Of a stretch of DNA of 64,000 nucleotides, positions 1-14,300 are shown one piece after another (positions within the stretch are counted from its first letter, which is position 1; every line of letters starts with the position of its first letter). Made by a program: the position numbers and the translations under genes. The stretch covers positions 31,496,001-31,560,000 of the forward strand of contig OZ024744.1 of NCBI GenBank assembly GCA_964016885.1, written 5' to 3'. The notes beneath the pieces were generated by a model. The model saw only the letters and a program-made list of their open reading frames with translations, made no database searches and was not told where the DNA came from. The DNA is from Eledone cirrhosa (Eukaryota).

Positions 1-1099
1 AATGTCCTCTGTCATGGCCAATTGAGACATTGGTAAACCCAGTACTAACTAATGTCCTATGTCATGGCCAACTGAGACATTATTAAACCCAGTACTATCT
101 AATGTCCTATGTCATGGCACACTGAGACGTTGGTAAACCCAGTACTAATTAATGTCCTCTCTCATTGCCAACTGAGACGTTGGTAAACCCAGTACTAACT
201 AATGTCCTCTTTCATAGCCAACTGAGACGTAGGTAAACCCAGTACTAACTAATGTCCTCTGTCATGGCCAACTGAGACGTTGGTAAACCCAGTACTGACT
301 AATGTCCTCTGTCATGGCCAACTGAGACGTTGGTAAACCCAGTACTAACTAATGTCCCATGTCATGGCCAACTGAGTTGTTGGTAAACCCAGTACTATCT
401 AATTTCCTATGTCATGACCAACTGAGACGTTGGAAAACCCAGTACTAACTAATGTCCTCTGTCATGGCCAACTGAGACATTCGTAAACCCAGTACTAACT
501 AATGTCCTCTGTTATGGCCAACTGAGAGATTGGTAAACCCAGTACTAACTAATGTCCTATGTCATGACCAACTGAGACATTGGTAAACCCAGTACTAACT
601 AATGACCTATGTCATGGCCAACTGAGACGATGGTAAACCCAGTACTAACTAATGTCCTCTGTCATAGCCAACTGAGACGTGGGTAAACCCAGTAATAACT
701 AATGTCCTCTGTCATGGCCAACTGAGACGTTGGTAAACCCAGTACTAACTAATGTCCTCTGTCATGGCCAACTGAGATATTGCTAAACCCAGTATTATCT
801 AATGTCCTATGCCATGACCAACTGAGACGTTGGTATACCCTGTACTAACGAATGTCCTCTGTCATGGCCAACTGAGACATTGGTAAACCCAGTATAAACT
901 AATGTCCTATGTCATGACAGACTGAGACGTTGGTAAACCCAGTACTAACTAACGCCCTATGTCATGGCCAACTGAGACGTTGGTAAACTCAGTACTAACA
1001 AATATCATATATCATGACCAACTGAGACGTTGGTAAACCCAGTACTAACTAATGTCCTCTGTCATGGCCAACTGAGACATTCGTAAACCCAGTACTAAC

Positions 1100-1329
1100 T
1101 AATGTCCTCTGTCATGGCCAACTGAGATATTGGTAAACCCAGTACTAACTAATGTCCTCTGTCATGGCCAACTGAGACGTTGGTAAACCCAGTACTAACT
1201 AATGTCCTATGTCATGACAGAGGACATTAGTTAGTACTGGGTTTACCAACGTCTCAGTTCGCCATGACATAGGACATTAGTTAGAACTGGGTTTACCAAT
1301 GTCTCAGTTGGCCATGACAGAGGACATTA
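1100..1329. other. Imperfect spacerless palindrome (~115-bp arms) centred on GTCA|TGAC at 1214/1215
   Basis: 1101-1214 aligns to the reverse complement of 1215-1328 with 5 mismatches by eye and no loop. Confidence 0.9.
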
Positions 1330-1336
1330 TTAAGTA
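1215..1336 (-). repeat. Inverted segment of about 2.4 satellite monomers
   Basis: 1215 onward reads tgacagaggacattagttagtactgggtttaccaacgtctcagttcgccatgacatagg..., the reverse complement of the monomer. Forward orientation resumes at gtaaacccagtact (1334). It is the only minus-orientation tract I found. Confidence 0.97.
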
Positions 1337-2301
1337 AACCCAGTACTAACTAATGTCCTATGTCATGACCAACTGAGACATTGGTAAACCCAGTACTAAC
1401 TAATCTCCCATGTCATGGCCAACTGAAACGTTGGTAAACCCAGTACTAACTGATGTCCTCTGTCATAGCCAACTGAGACGTAGGTAAACCCAGTACTAAC
1501 TAATGTCCTCTGTCATGGCCAACTGAGACGCTGGTAAACCCAGTACTAACTAATGTCCTCTGTCATGGCCAACTGAGATATTGATAAACCCAGTATTATC
1601 TAATGTCCTATGTCATGACCAACTGAGACGTAGGTAAACCCAGTACTAACTAATGTCCTCTGTCATGGCCAACTGAGACGTAGGTAAACCCAGTACTAAC
1701 TAATGTCCTATGTCATGGCCAACTGAGACGTTGGGAAACCCAGTATTAACTAATGTCCTATGTCATGACCAACTGAGACATTGGTAAACCCAGTACTATC
1801 TAATGTCCTATGTCATGGCCAACTGAGACGTTGGTAAACCCAGTACTAACTAATGTCTTACATCATGGCCAACTGAGACATTTGTAAACCTAGTACTAAC
1901 TAATGTCCTCTGTCATGGCCAACCGAGACGGTGGTAAACCCAGTTCTAACTATTGTCCTCTGTCATGGTCAACGGAGACGTTGGTAAACCCAGTACTAAC
2001 TAATGTCCTATGTCATGACCAACTGAGACATTGGTAAACCCAGTACTAACTAATGTCCTATGTCATGACCAACTGAGACGTAGGTAAATCCAGTACTAAC
2101 TAATGACCTATGTCATGACCAACTGAGACATTGGAAAACCCAGTACTAACTAATGTCCTATGTCATGGCCAACTGAGACGTTGGTAAAGCCAGTACTAAC
2201 TAATGTCCTATGTCATGACCAACTGAGACGTTGGTAAACCCAGTATTAACTAATGTCCTATGTCATGGCCAACTGAGACGTTGGTAAACCCAGTACTAAC
2301 T

Positions 2302-5300
2302 AATGTCCTATGTCATGGCCAACTGAGACGTTGGTAAACCCAGTATTAACTAATGTCCTATGTCATGGCCAACTGAGACATTGGTAAACACAGTACTAAC
2401 TAATGTCGTATGTCATGGCCAACTGAGACATTGGTAAACCCAGTACTAACTAATGTCCTATGTCATGGCCAATTGAGACGTTGGTAAACACAGTACTAAC
2501 TAATGTACTCTCTCCTGGCCAACTGAGACGTTGGTAAACCCAGTACTAACTAATGTCCTATGTCATGACCAACTGAGATATTGCTAAACCCAGTACTAAT
2601 TAATGTCCTATGTCATGGCCAACTGAGAGATTGGTAAAGCCAGTACTAACTAATGTCCTATGTCATGGACAAATGAGACGTAGGTAAATCCAGTTCTAAC
2701 TAATGTCCTCTGTCATGGCCAACTGAGACATTCGTAAAACAAGTACTAACTAATGTCCTCTGTCATGGCCAACTGAGTCATTGGTAAACCCAGTAATAAC
2801 TAATGTCCTATGTCATGGCCAACTGAGACGATGGTAAACCCAGTACTAAATAATGTCCTCTGTCATAGCCAACTGAGACATTCCTAAACCCAGTACTAAC
2901 TAATGTCCTCTGTCATGGCCAACTGAGACATTGGTAAACCCAGTACTAACTAATGTCCTATGTCATGGCCAACTGAGACGTTGGTAAACCCAGTACTAAC
3001 TAATGTCCTCTGTCATAGCCAACTGAGACGTAGGTAAACCCAGTACTAACTAATGTCCTCTGTCATGGCCAACTGAGACGTTGGTAAACCCAGTACTAAC
3101 TAATGTCCTCTGTCATGGCCAACTGAGATATTGCTAAACCCAGTATTATCTAATGTCCTCTGTCATGACCAACTGAGACGTTGGTATACCCAGTACTAAC
3201 GAATATCCTCTGTCATGGCCAACTGAGACATTGGTAAACCCAGTATAAACTAATGTCCTATGTCATGACCAACTGAGACGTTGGTAAACCCAGTACTAAC
3301 TAACGCCCTATGTCATGGCCAACTGAGACGTTGGTAAACCCAGTACTAACTATTGTCCTCTGTCATGGCCAACTGAGACGTTGGTAAACACAGTACTAAC
3401 TAATGTCTTATGTCATGGCCAACTGAGATGTTGGTAAACCCAGTACTAACTAATGTCCTCTGTCATGGCCAACTGAGAGATTGGTAAACCCAGTACTAAC
3501 TAATGTCCTATGTCATGACCAACTGAGACATTGGTAAACCCAGTACGAACTAATGTCCTATGTCATGGCCAACTGAGACGTTGGTAAACCCAGTACTAAC
3601 TAATGTCCTCTGTCATGGCCAACTGAGACGTTGGTAAACCTAGTATTAACTAATGTCCTATGTCTTGGCCAACTGAGACGATGGTAAACCCAGTACTAAA
3701 TAATGTCCTCTCTCATGGCCAACTGAGACATTGGTAAACCCAGTTCTAACTAATGTCCTATGTCATGGCCAACTGAGACGTTGGTAAACCCAGGACTAAT
3801 TAATGTCCTCTCTCATGGCTAACTGAGACATTGGTAAACCCAGTATAAACTAATGACCTATGTCATGGCCAACTGAGACGTTAGTAAACCCAGTACTAAC
3901 TAATGTCCTATGTCATGGCCAACTGAGACGTTGGTAAATCCAGTACTAACTAATGTCCTCTCTCATGACCAACTGAGACGTTGGTAAACCAAGTACTAAC
4001 TAATGTTCTCTGTCATGGCCAACTGAGACGTAGGTAAACCCAGTACTAACTAATGTCCTATGTCATTACCAACTGAGATGTTGGTAAACCCAGTACTAAC
4101 TAATGTCCTATGCCATGGCCAACTGAGACGTTGGTAAATCCAGTACTAACTAATGTCCTCTCTCATGGCCAACTGAGACGTTGGTAAACCCAGTATTAAC
4201 TAATGTCCTATGTCATGGCCAGCTGAGACGATGGTAAACCCAGTACTAAATAATGTCCTCTGTCATGGCCAACTGAGACATTGGTAAACCCAGTACTAAC
4301 TAATGTCCTATGTATGGCCAACTGAGACATTATTAAACCCAGTACTATCTAATGTCCTATGTCATGGCACACTGAGACGTTGGTAAACCCAGTACTAATT
4401 AATGTCCTGTCTCATTGCCAACTGAGACGTTGGTAAACCCAGTACTAACTAATGTCCTCTTTCATAGCCAACTGAGACGTAGGTAAACCCAGTACTAACT
4501 AATGTCCTCTGTCATGGCCAACTGAGACGTTGGTAAACCCAGTACTAACTAATGTCCCATGTCATGGCCAACTGAGTTGTTGGTAAACCCAGTACTATCT
4601 AATTTCCTATGTCATGACCAACTGAGACGTTGGTAAACCCAGTACTAACTAATGTCCTCTGTCATGGCCAACTGAGACATTCGTAAACCCAGTACTAACT
4701 AATGTCCTCTGTTATGGCCAACTGAGAGATTGGTAAACCCAGTACTAACTAATGTCCTATGACATGACCAACTGAGACATTGGTAAACCCAGTACTAACT
4801 AATGTCCTATGTCATTGCCAACTGAGACGTTGGTAAACCCAGTACTAACTAATGTCCTCTATCATGGCCAACTGAGACATTGGTAAACCCAGTACTAACT
4901 AATGTCCTATGTCATGACCAACTGAGACATTGGTAAACCCAGTACTAACTAATGTCCTATGTCATGGCCAACTGAGACGTTGGTAAATCCAGTACTAACT
5001 AATGTCCTCTCTCATGACCAACTGAGACGTTGGTAAACCCAGTAAAAACTAATGTTCTCTGTCATGGCCAACTGAGACGTAGGTAAACCCAGTACTATCT
5101 AATGTCCTCTGTCATGGCCAACTGAGACATTGGTAAACCCAGTACTAACTAATGTCGTATGTCATGGCCAACTGAGACATTGGTAAACCCAGTACTAACT
5201 AATGTCCTATGTCATCGCCAACTGAGACGTTGGTAAACCCAGTACTAACTAATGTCCTACGTCATGACCAACTGAGACGTTGGTAAACCCAGTACTAACT

Positions 5301-8300
5301 AATGTCCTCTGTCATGGCCAACTTAGACGTAGGTAAACCCAGTACTAACTAATGTCCTCTGTCATGGCCAACTGAGAAGTTGGTAAACCCAGTACTAACT
5401 AATGTCCTCTGTCATTACCAACTGAGACGTAGGTAAACCCAGTACTAACTCATGTCCTCTGTCATGGCCAACTGAGACGTAGGTAAACCCAGTACTAACT
5501 AATGTCCTATGTCATGACCAACTGAGACATTGGTAAACCCAGTACGAACTAATGTCCTATGTCATGGCCAACTGAGACGTTGGTAAACCCAGTATTAACT
5601 AATGTCCTATGTCTTGGCCAACTGAGACGATGGTAAACCCAGTACTAAATAATGTCCTCTGTCATGGCCAACTGGGACATTGGTAAACCCAGTTCTAACT
5701 AATGTCCTATGTCATGGCCAACTGAGACGTTGGTAAACCCAGTACTAATTAATGTCCTCTCTCATGGCCAACTGAGACGTTGGTAAACCCAGTACTAACT
5801 AATGTCCTTTGTCATAGCCAACTGAGACGTAGGTAAACCCAGTACTAACTAATGTCCACTGTCATGGTCAACTGAGACGTTGGTAAACCCAGTACTAACA
5901 AATGTCCTATGTCATGGCCAACTGAGATATTGCTAAACCCAGTGTTATCTAATGTCCTATGTCATGACCAACTGAGACGTTGGTATACCCAGTACTAACG
6001 AATGTCCTCTGTCATGGCCAACTGAGACATTGGTAAACCCAGTATAAACTAATGACCTATGTCATGGCCAACTGAGACGTTAGTAAACCCAGTACTAACT
6101 AATGTCCTATGTCATGACCAACTGAGACATTGGTAAACCCAGTACTAACTAATGTCCTATGTCATGGCCAACTGAGACATTGGTAAACCCAGTACTAACT
6201 AATCTCCCATGTCATGGCCAACTGAAACGTTGGTAAACCCAGTACTAACTGATGTCCTCTGTCATAGCCAACTGAGACGTAGGTAAACCCAGTACTAACT
6301 AATGTCCTCTGTCATGGCCAACTGAGACGTTGGTAAACCTAGTACTAACTAATGTCCTCTGTCATGGCCAACTGAGATATTGATAAACCCAGTATTATCT
6401 AATGTCCTATGTCATGACCAACTGAGACGTAGGTAAACCCAGTACTAACTAATGTCCTCTGTCATGGCCAACTGAGACGTAGGTAAACCCAGTACTAACT
6501 AATGTCCTATGTCATGGCCAACTGAGACGTTGGGAAACCCAGTATTAACTAATGTCCTATGTCATGACCAACTGAGACATTGGTAAACCCAGTACTATCT
6601 AATGTCCTATGTCATGGCCAACTGAGACGTTGGTAAACCCAGTACTAACTAATGTCTTATGTCATGGCCAACTGAGACATTTGTAAACCTAGTACTAACT
6701 AATGTCCTCTGTCATGGCCAACCGAGACGGTGGTAAACCCAGTTCTAACTATTGTCCTCTGTCATGGTCAACGGAGACGTTGGTAAACCCAGTACTAACT
6801 AATGTCCTATGTCATGACCAACTGAGACATTGGTAAACCCAGTACTAACTAATGTCCTATGTCATGACCAACTGAGACGTAGGTAAATCCAGTACTAACT
6901 AATGACATATGTCATGACCAACTGAGACATTGGTAAACCCAGTACTAACTAATGTCCTATGTCATGGCCAACTGAGACGTTGGTAAACCCAGTACTAACT
7001 AATGTCCTATGTCATGACCAACTGAGACGTTGGTAAACCCAGTATTAACTAATGTCCTATGTCATGGCCAACTGAGACGTTGGTAAACCCAGTACTAACT
7101 AATGTCCTATGTCATGGCCAACTGAGACGTTGGTAAACCCAGTATTAACTAATGTCCTATGTCATGGCCAACTGAGACATTGGTAAACACAGTACTAACT
7201 AATGTCGTATGTCATGGCCAACTGAGACATTGGTAAACCCAGTACTAACTAATGTCCTATGTCATGGCCAATTGAGACGTTGGTAAACACAGTACTAACT
7301 AATGTACTCTCTCCTGGCCAACTGAGACGTTGGTAAACCCAGTACTAACTAATGTCCTATGTCATGACCAACTGAGATATTGCTAAACCCAGTACTAATT
7401 AATGTCCTATGTCATGACCAACTGAGACGTAGGTAAATCCAGTACTAACTAATGACATATGTCATGACCAACTGAGACATTGGTAAACCCAGTACTAACT
7501 AATGTCCTATGTCATGGCCAACTGAGACGTTGGTAAACCCAGTACTAACTAATGTCCTATGTCATGACCAACTGAGACGTTGGTAAACCCAGTATTAACT
7601 AATGTCCTATGTCATGGCCAACTGAGACGTTGGTAAACCCAGTACTAACTAATGTCCTATGTCATGGCCAACTGAGACGTTGGTAAACCCAGTATTAACT
7701 AATGTCCTATGTCATGGCCAACTGAGACATTGGTAAACACAGTACTAACTAATGTCGTATGTCATGGCCAACTGAGACATTGGTAAACCCAGTACTAACT
7801 AATGTCCTATGTCATGGCCAATTGAGACGTTGGTAAACACAGTACTAACTAATGTACTCTCTCCTGGCCAACTGAGACGTTGGTAAACCCAGTACTAACT
7901 AATGTCCTATGTCATGACCAACTGAGATATTGCTAAACCCAGTACTAATTAATGTCCTATGTCATGGCCAACTGAGAGATTGGTAAAGCCAGTACTAACT
8001 AATGTCCTATGTCATGGACAAATGAGACGTAGGTAAATCCAGTTCTAACTAATGTCCTCTGTCGTGGCCAACTGAGACGTAGGTAAACCCAGTACTAACT
8101 AATGTCCTCTGTCATGGCCAACTGAGACGTTGGTAAACCCAGTACTAACTAATGTCCTCTGTCATGGCCAACTGAGATATTGCTAAACCCAGTATTATCT
8201 AATGTCCTCTGTCATGACCAACTGAGACGTTGGTATACCCAGTACTAACGAATGTCCTCTGTCATGGCCAACTGAGACATTGGTAAACCCAGTATAAACT

Positions 8301-11300
8301 AATGTCCTATGTCATGACCAACTGAGACGTTGGTAAACCCAGTACTAACTAACGCCCTATGTCATGGCCAACTGAGACGTTGGTAAACCCAGTACTAACT
8401 ATTGTCCTCTGTCATGGCCAACTGAGACGTTGGTAAACACAGTACTAACTAATGTCTTATGTCATGGCCAACTGAGATGGTGGTAAACCCAGTACTAACT
8501 AATGTCCTATGTCATGGCCAACTGAGACATTGGTAAACCCAGTACTAATTAATGTCCTCTGTCATGGCCAACTGAGACGTTGGTAAACCCAGTACTAACT
8601 AATGTCCTATGTCATGGCCAACTGAGACGTTGGTAAACCCAGTACTAACAAATGTCCTACGTCATGACCAACTGAGACGTTGGTAAACCCAGTACTAACT
8701 AATGTCCTATGTCATGACCAACTGAGACATTGGTAAACCCAGTACTGACTAATGTCCTATATCATGGCCAACTGAGACGTTGGTAAACCCAGTACTAACT
8801 AATGTCCTCTGTCATGGCCAACTGAGACATTGGTAAACCCAGTACTAACTAATGTCCTATGTCATGACCAACTGAGACATTGGTAAACCCAGTACTAACT
8901 AATCTCCTATGTCATGGCCAACTGAGACGCTGGTAAATCCAGTCCTAACTAATGTCCTCTCTCATGGCCAACTGAGACGTTGGTAAACCCAGTACTAACT
9001 AATGTTCTCTGTCATGGCCAACTGAGACGTAGGTAAACCCAGTACAAACTAATGTCCTCTGTCATGGCCAACTGAGAGATTGGTAAACCCAGTACTAACT
9101 AATGTCCTATGTCATGGCCAACTGAGAGATTGGTAAAGCCAGTACTAACTAATGTCCTATGTCATGGACAAATGAGACGTAGGTAAATCCAGTACTAACA
9201 AATGTCCTCTGTCATGGCCAACTGAGACATTCGTAAACCCTGTACTAACTAATGTCCTCTGTCATGGCCAACTGAGTCATTGGTAAACCCAGTAATAACT
9301 AATGTCCTATGTCATGGCCAACTGAGACGATGGTAAACCCAGTACTAAATAATGTCCTCTGTCATAGCCAACTGAGACATTCGTAAACCCAGTACTAACT
9401 AATGTCCTCTGTCATGGCCAACTGAGAGATTGGTAAACCCAGTACTAACTAATGTCCTATGTCATGGCCAACTGAGACATTGGTAAGCCCAGTATAAACT
9501 AATGTCCTATGTCATGACCAGCTCAGACGTTGGTAAACCCATTACTAACTAACGCCCTATGTCATGGCCAACTGAGACGTTGGTAAACCCAGTACTAACT
9601 AATGTCCTCTGTCATGGCCAACTGAGACGTTGGTAAACACAGTACTAACTAATGTCTTATGTCATGGCCAACTGAGATGTTGGTAAACCCAGGACTAACT
9701 AATGTCCTCTGTCATGGCAAACTGAGACATTGGTAAACCCAGTACTAACTAATGTCCTCTGTCATGGCCAACTGAGACGTTGGTAAACCCAGTACTAACT
9801 AATGCCCTGTGTCATGGCCAACTGAGACGTTGGTAAATCCAGTACTAACTAATGTCCTATGTCATGACCAACTGAGACATTGGTAAACCCAGTACTAACT
9901 AATGTCTTATGTCATGGCCAACTGAGACGTTGGTAAACCCAGTACTAACTAATGTCCTCTGTCATGGCCAACTGAGACATTGGTAAACCCATTACTAACT
10001 AATGTCCTATGTCATGACCAACTGAGACATTGGTAAACCCAGTACTAACTAATGTCCTATGTCATGGCCAACTGAGACGCTGGTAAATCCACTACTAACT
10101 AATGTCCTCTCTCATGGCCAACTGAGACGTTGGTAAACCCAGTACTAACTAATATTCTCTGTCATGGCCAACTGAGACGTAGGTAAACCCAGTACAAACT
10201 AATGTCCTCTGTCATGGCCAACTGAGACGTTGGTAAACCCAGTTTTAACTAATGTCCTATGTCATGGCCAACTGACACGATGGTAAACCCAGTACTAAAT
10301 AATGTTCTCTGTCATGGCCAACTGAGACATTGGTAAACCCAGTTCTAACTAATGTCCTATGTCATGGCCAACTGAGACATTGGTAAACCCAGTACTATCT
10401 AATGTCCTATGTCATGGCCAACTGAGACGTTGGTAAACCCAGTACTAACTAATGTCCTCTGTCATGACCCACTGAGAGATTGGTAATCCCAGTACTAACT
10501 AATGTCCTATGTCATGACCAACTGAGAGATTGGTAAACCCAGTACTAACTCATGTCCTATGTCATGGCCAACTGAGACGATGGTAAACCCAGTACTAACT
10601 AATGTCTTATGTCATGGCCAACTGAGACATTGGTAAACCTAGTACTAACTAATGTCCTCTGTCATGGCCAACCGAGACGGTGGTAAACCCAGTACTAACT
10701 ATTGTCCTCTGTCATGGTCAACGGAGACGTTGGTAAACCCAGTACTAACTAATGTCCTATGTCATGGCCAACTGAGACGTTGGTAAACCCAGTATTAACT
10801 AATGTCCTATGTCATGGCCAACTGAGACATTGGTAAACACAGTACTAACTAATGTCGTATGTCATGGCCAACTGAGACATTGGTAAACCCAGTACTAACT
10901 AATGTCCTATGTCATGGCCAATTGAGACGTTGGTAAACACAGTACTAACTAATGTACTCTCTCCTGGCCAACTGAGACGTTGGTAAACCCAGTACTAACT
11001 AATGTCCTATGTCATGACCAACTGAGATATTGCTAAACCCAGTACTAATTAATGTCCTATGTCATGGCCAACTGAGAGATTGGTAAAGCCAGTACTAACT
11101 AATGTCCTATGTCATGGACAAATGAGACGTAGGTAAATCCAGTTCTAACTAATGTCCTCTGTCATGGCCAACTGAGACATTCGTAAAACAAGTACTAACT
11201 AATGTCCTCTGTCATGGCCAACTGAGACATTGGTAAACCCAGTAATAACTAATGTCCTATGTCATGGCCAACTGAGACGATGGTAAACCCAGTACTAAAT

Positions 11301-14300
11301 AATGTCCTCTGTCATAGCCAACTGAGACATTCCTAAACCCAGTACTAACTAATGTCCTCTGTCATGGCCAACTGAGACATTGGTAAACCCAGTACTAACT
11401 AATGTCCTATGTCATGGCCAACTGAGACGTTGGTAAACCCAGTACTAACTAATGTCCTCTGTCATAGCCAACTGAGACGTAGGTAAACCCAGTACTAACT
11501 AATGTCCTCTGTCATGGCCAACTGAGACGTTGGTAAACCCAGTACTAACTAATGTCCTCTGTCATGGCCAACTGAGATATTGCTAAACCCAGTATTATCT
11601 AATGTCCTCTGTCATGACCAACTGAGACGTTGGTATACCCAGTACTAACGAATGTCCTCTGTCATGGCCAACTGAGACATTGGTAAACCCAGTATAAACT
11701 AATGTCCTATGTCATGACCAACTGAGACGTTGGTAAACCCAGTACTAACTAACGCCCTATGTCATGGCCAACTGAGACGTTGGTAAACCCAGTACTAACT
11801 ATTGTCCTCTGTCATGGCCAACTGAGACGTTGGTAAACACAGTACTAACTAATGTCTTATGTCATGGCCAACTGAGATGTTGGTAAACCCAGTACTAACT
11901 AATGTCCTCTGTCATGGCCAACTGAGAGATTGGTAAACCCAGTACTAACTAATGTCCTATGTCATGACCAACTGAGACATTGGTAAACCCAGTACGAACT
12001 AATGTCCTATGTCATGGCCAACTGAGACGTTGGTAAACCCAGTACTAACTAATGTCCTCTGTCATGGCCAACTGAGACGTTGGTAAACCTAGTATTAACT
12101 AATGTCCTATGTCTTGGCCAACTGAGACGATGGTAAACCCAGTACTAAATAATGTCCTCTCTCATGGCCAACTGAGACATTGGTAAACCCAGTTCTAACT
12201 AATGTCCTATGTCATGGCCAACTGAGACGTTGGTAAACCCAGGACTAATTAATGTCCTCTCTCATGGCTAACTGAGACATTGGTAAACCCAGTATAAACT
12301 AATGACCTATGTCATGGCCAACTGAGACGTTAGTAAACCCAGTACTAACTAATGTCCTATGTCATGGCCAACTGAGACGTTGGTAAATCCAGTACTAACT
12401 AATGTCCTCTCTCATGACCAACTGAGACGTTGGTAAACCAAGTACTAACTAATGTTCTCTGTCATGGCCAACTGAGACGTAGGTAAACCCAGTACTAACT
12501 AATGTCCTCTGTCATGGCCAACTGAGACATTGGTAAACCCAGTACTAACTAATGTCCTATGTCATTACCAACTGAGATGTTGGTAAACCCAGTACTAACT
12601 AATGTCCTATGCCATGGCCAACTGAGACGTTGGTAAATCCAGTACTAACTAATCTCCTCTCTCATGGCCAACTGAGACGTTGGTAAACCCAGTATTAACT
12701 AATGTCCTATGTCATGGCCAGCTGAGACGATGGTAAACCCAGTACTAAATAATGTCCTCTGTCATGGCCAACTGAGACATTGGTAAACCCAGTACTAACT
12801 AATGTCCTATGTATGGCCAACTGAGACATTATTAAACCCAGTACTATCTAATGTCCTATGTCATGGCACACTGAGACGTTGGTAAACCCAGTACTAATTA
12901 ATGTCCTGTCTCATTGCCAACTGAGACGTTGGTAAACCCAGTACTAACTAATGTCCTCTTTCATAGCCAACTGAGACGTAGGTAAACCCAGTACTAACTA
13001 ATGTCCTCTGTCATGGCCAACTGAGACGTTGGTAAACCCAGTACTAACTAATGTCCCATGTCATGGCCAACTGAGTTGTTGGTAAACCCAGTACTATCTA
13101 ATTTCCTATGTCATGACCAACTGAGACGTTGGTAAACCCAGTACTAACTAATGTCCTCTGTCATGGCCAACTGAGACATTCGTAAACCCAGTACTAACTA
13201 ATGTCCTCTGTTATAGCCAACTGAGAGATTGGTAAACCCAGTACTAACTAATGTCCTATGACATGACCAACTGAGACATTGGTAAACCCAGTACTAACTA
13301 ATGTCCTATGTCATTGCCAACTGAGACGTTGGTAAACCCAGTACTAACTAATGTCCTCTATCATGGCCAACTGAGACATTGGTAAACCCAGTACTAACTA
13401 ATGTCCTATGTCATGACCAACTGAGACATTGGTAAACCCAGTACTAACTAATGTCCTATGTCATGGCCAACTGAGACGTTGGTAAATCCAGTACTAACTA
13501 ATGTCCTCTCTCATGACCAACTGAGACGTTGGTAAACCCAGTAAAAACTAATGTTCTCTGTCATGGCCAACTGAGACGTAGGTAAACCCAGTACTATCTA
13601 ATGTCCTCTGTCATGGCCAACTGAGACATTGGTAAACCCAGTACTAACTAATGTCGTATGTCATGGCCAACTGAGACATTGGTAAACCCAGTACTAACTA
13701 ATGTCCTATGTCATCGCCAACTGAGACGTTGGTAAACCCAGTACTAACTAATGTCCTACGTCATGACCAACTGAGACGTTGGTAAACCCAGTACTAACTA
13801 ATGTCCTCTGTCATGGCCAACTTAGACGTAGGTAAACCCAGTACTAACTAATGTCCTCTGTCATGGCCAACTGAGAAGTTGGTAAACCCAGTACTAACTA
13901 ATGTCCTCTGTCATTACCAACTGAGACGTAGGTAAACCCAGTACTAACTCATGTCCTCTGTCATGGCCAACTGAGACGTAGGTAAACCCAGTACTAACTA
14001 ATGTCCTATGTCATGACCAACTGAGACATTGGTAAACCCAGTACGAACTAATGTCCTATGTCATGGCCAACTGAGACGTTGGTAAACCCAGTATTAACTA
14101 ATGTCCTATGTCTTGGCCAACTGAGACGATGGTAAACCCAGTACTAAATAATGTCCTCTGTCATGGCCAACTGGGACATTGGTAAACCCAGTTCTAACTA
14201 ATGTCCTATGTCATGGCCAACTGAGACGTTGGTAAACCCAGTACTAATTAATGTCCTCTCTCATGGCCAACTGAGACGTTGGTAAACCCAGTACTAACTA

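Noticed and set aside
1215-1336. Inserted transposon or MITE with terminal inverted repeats
   Set aside because: The segment is entirely reverse-complement satellite, with no foreign sequence and no target-site duplication.
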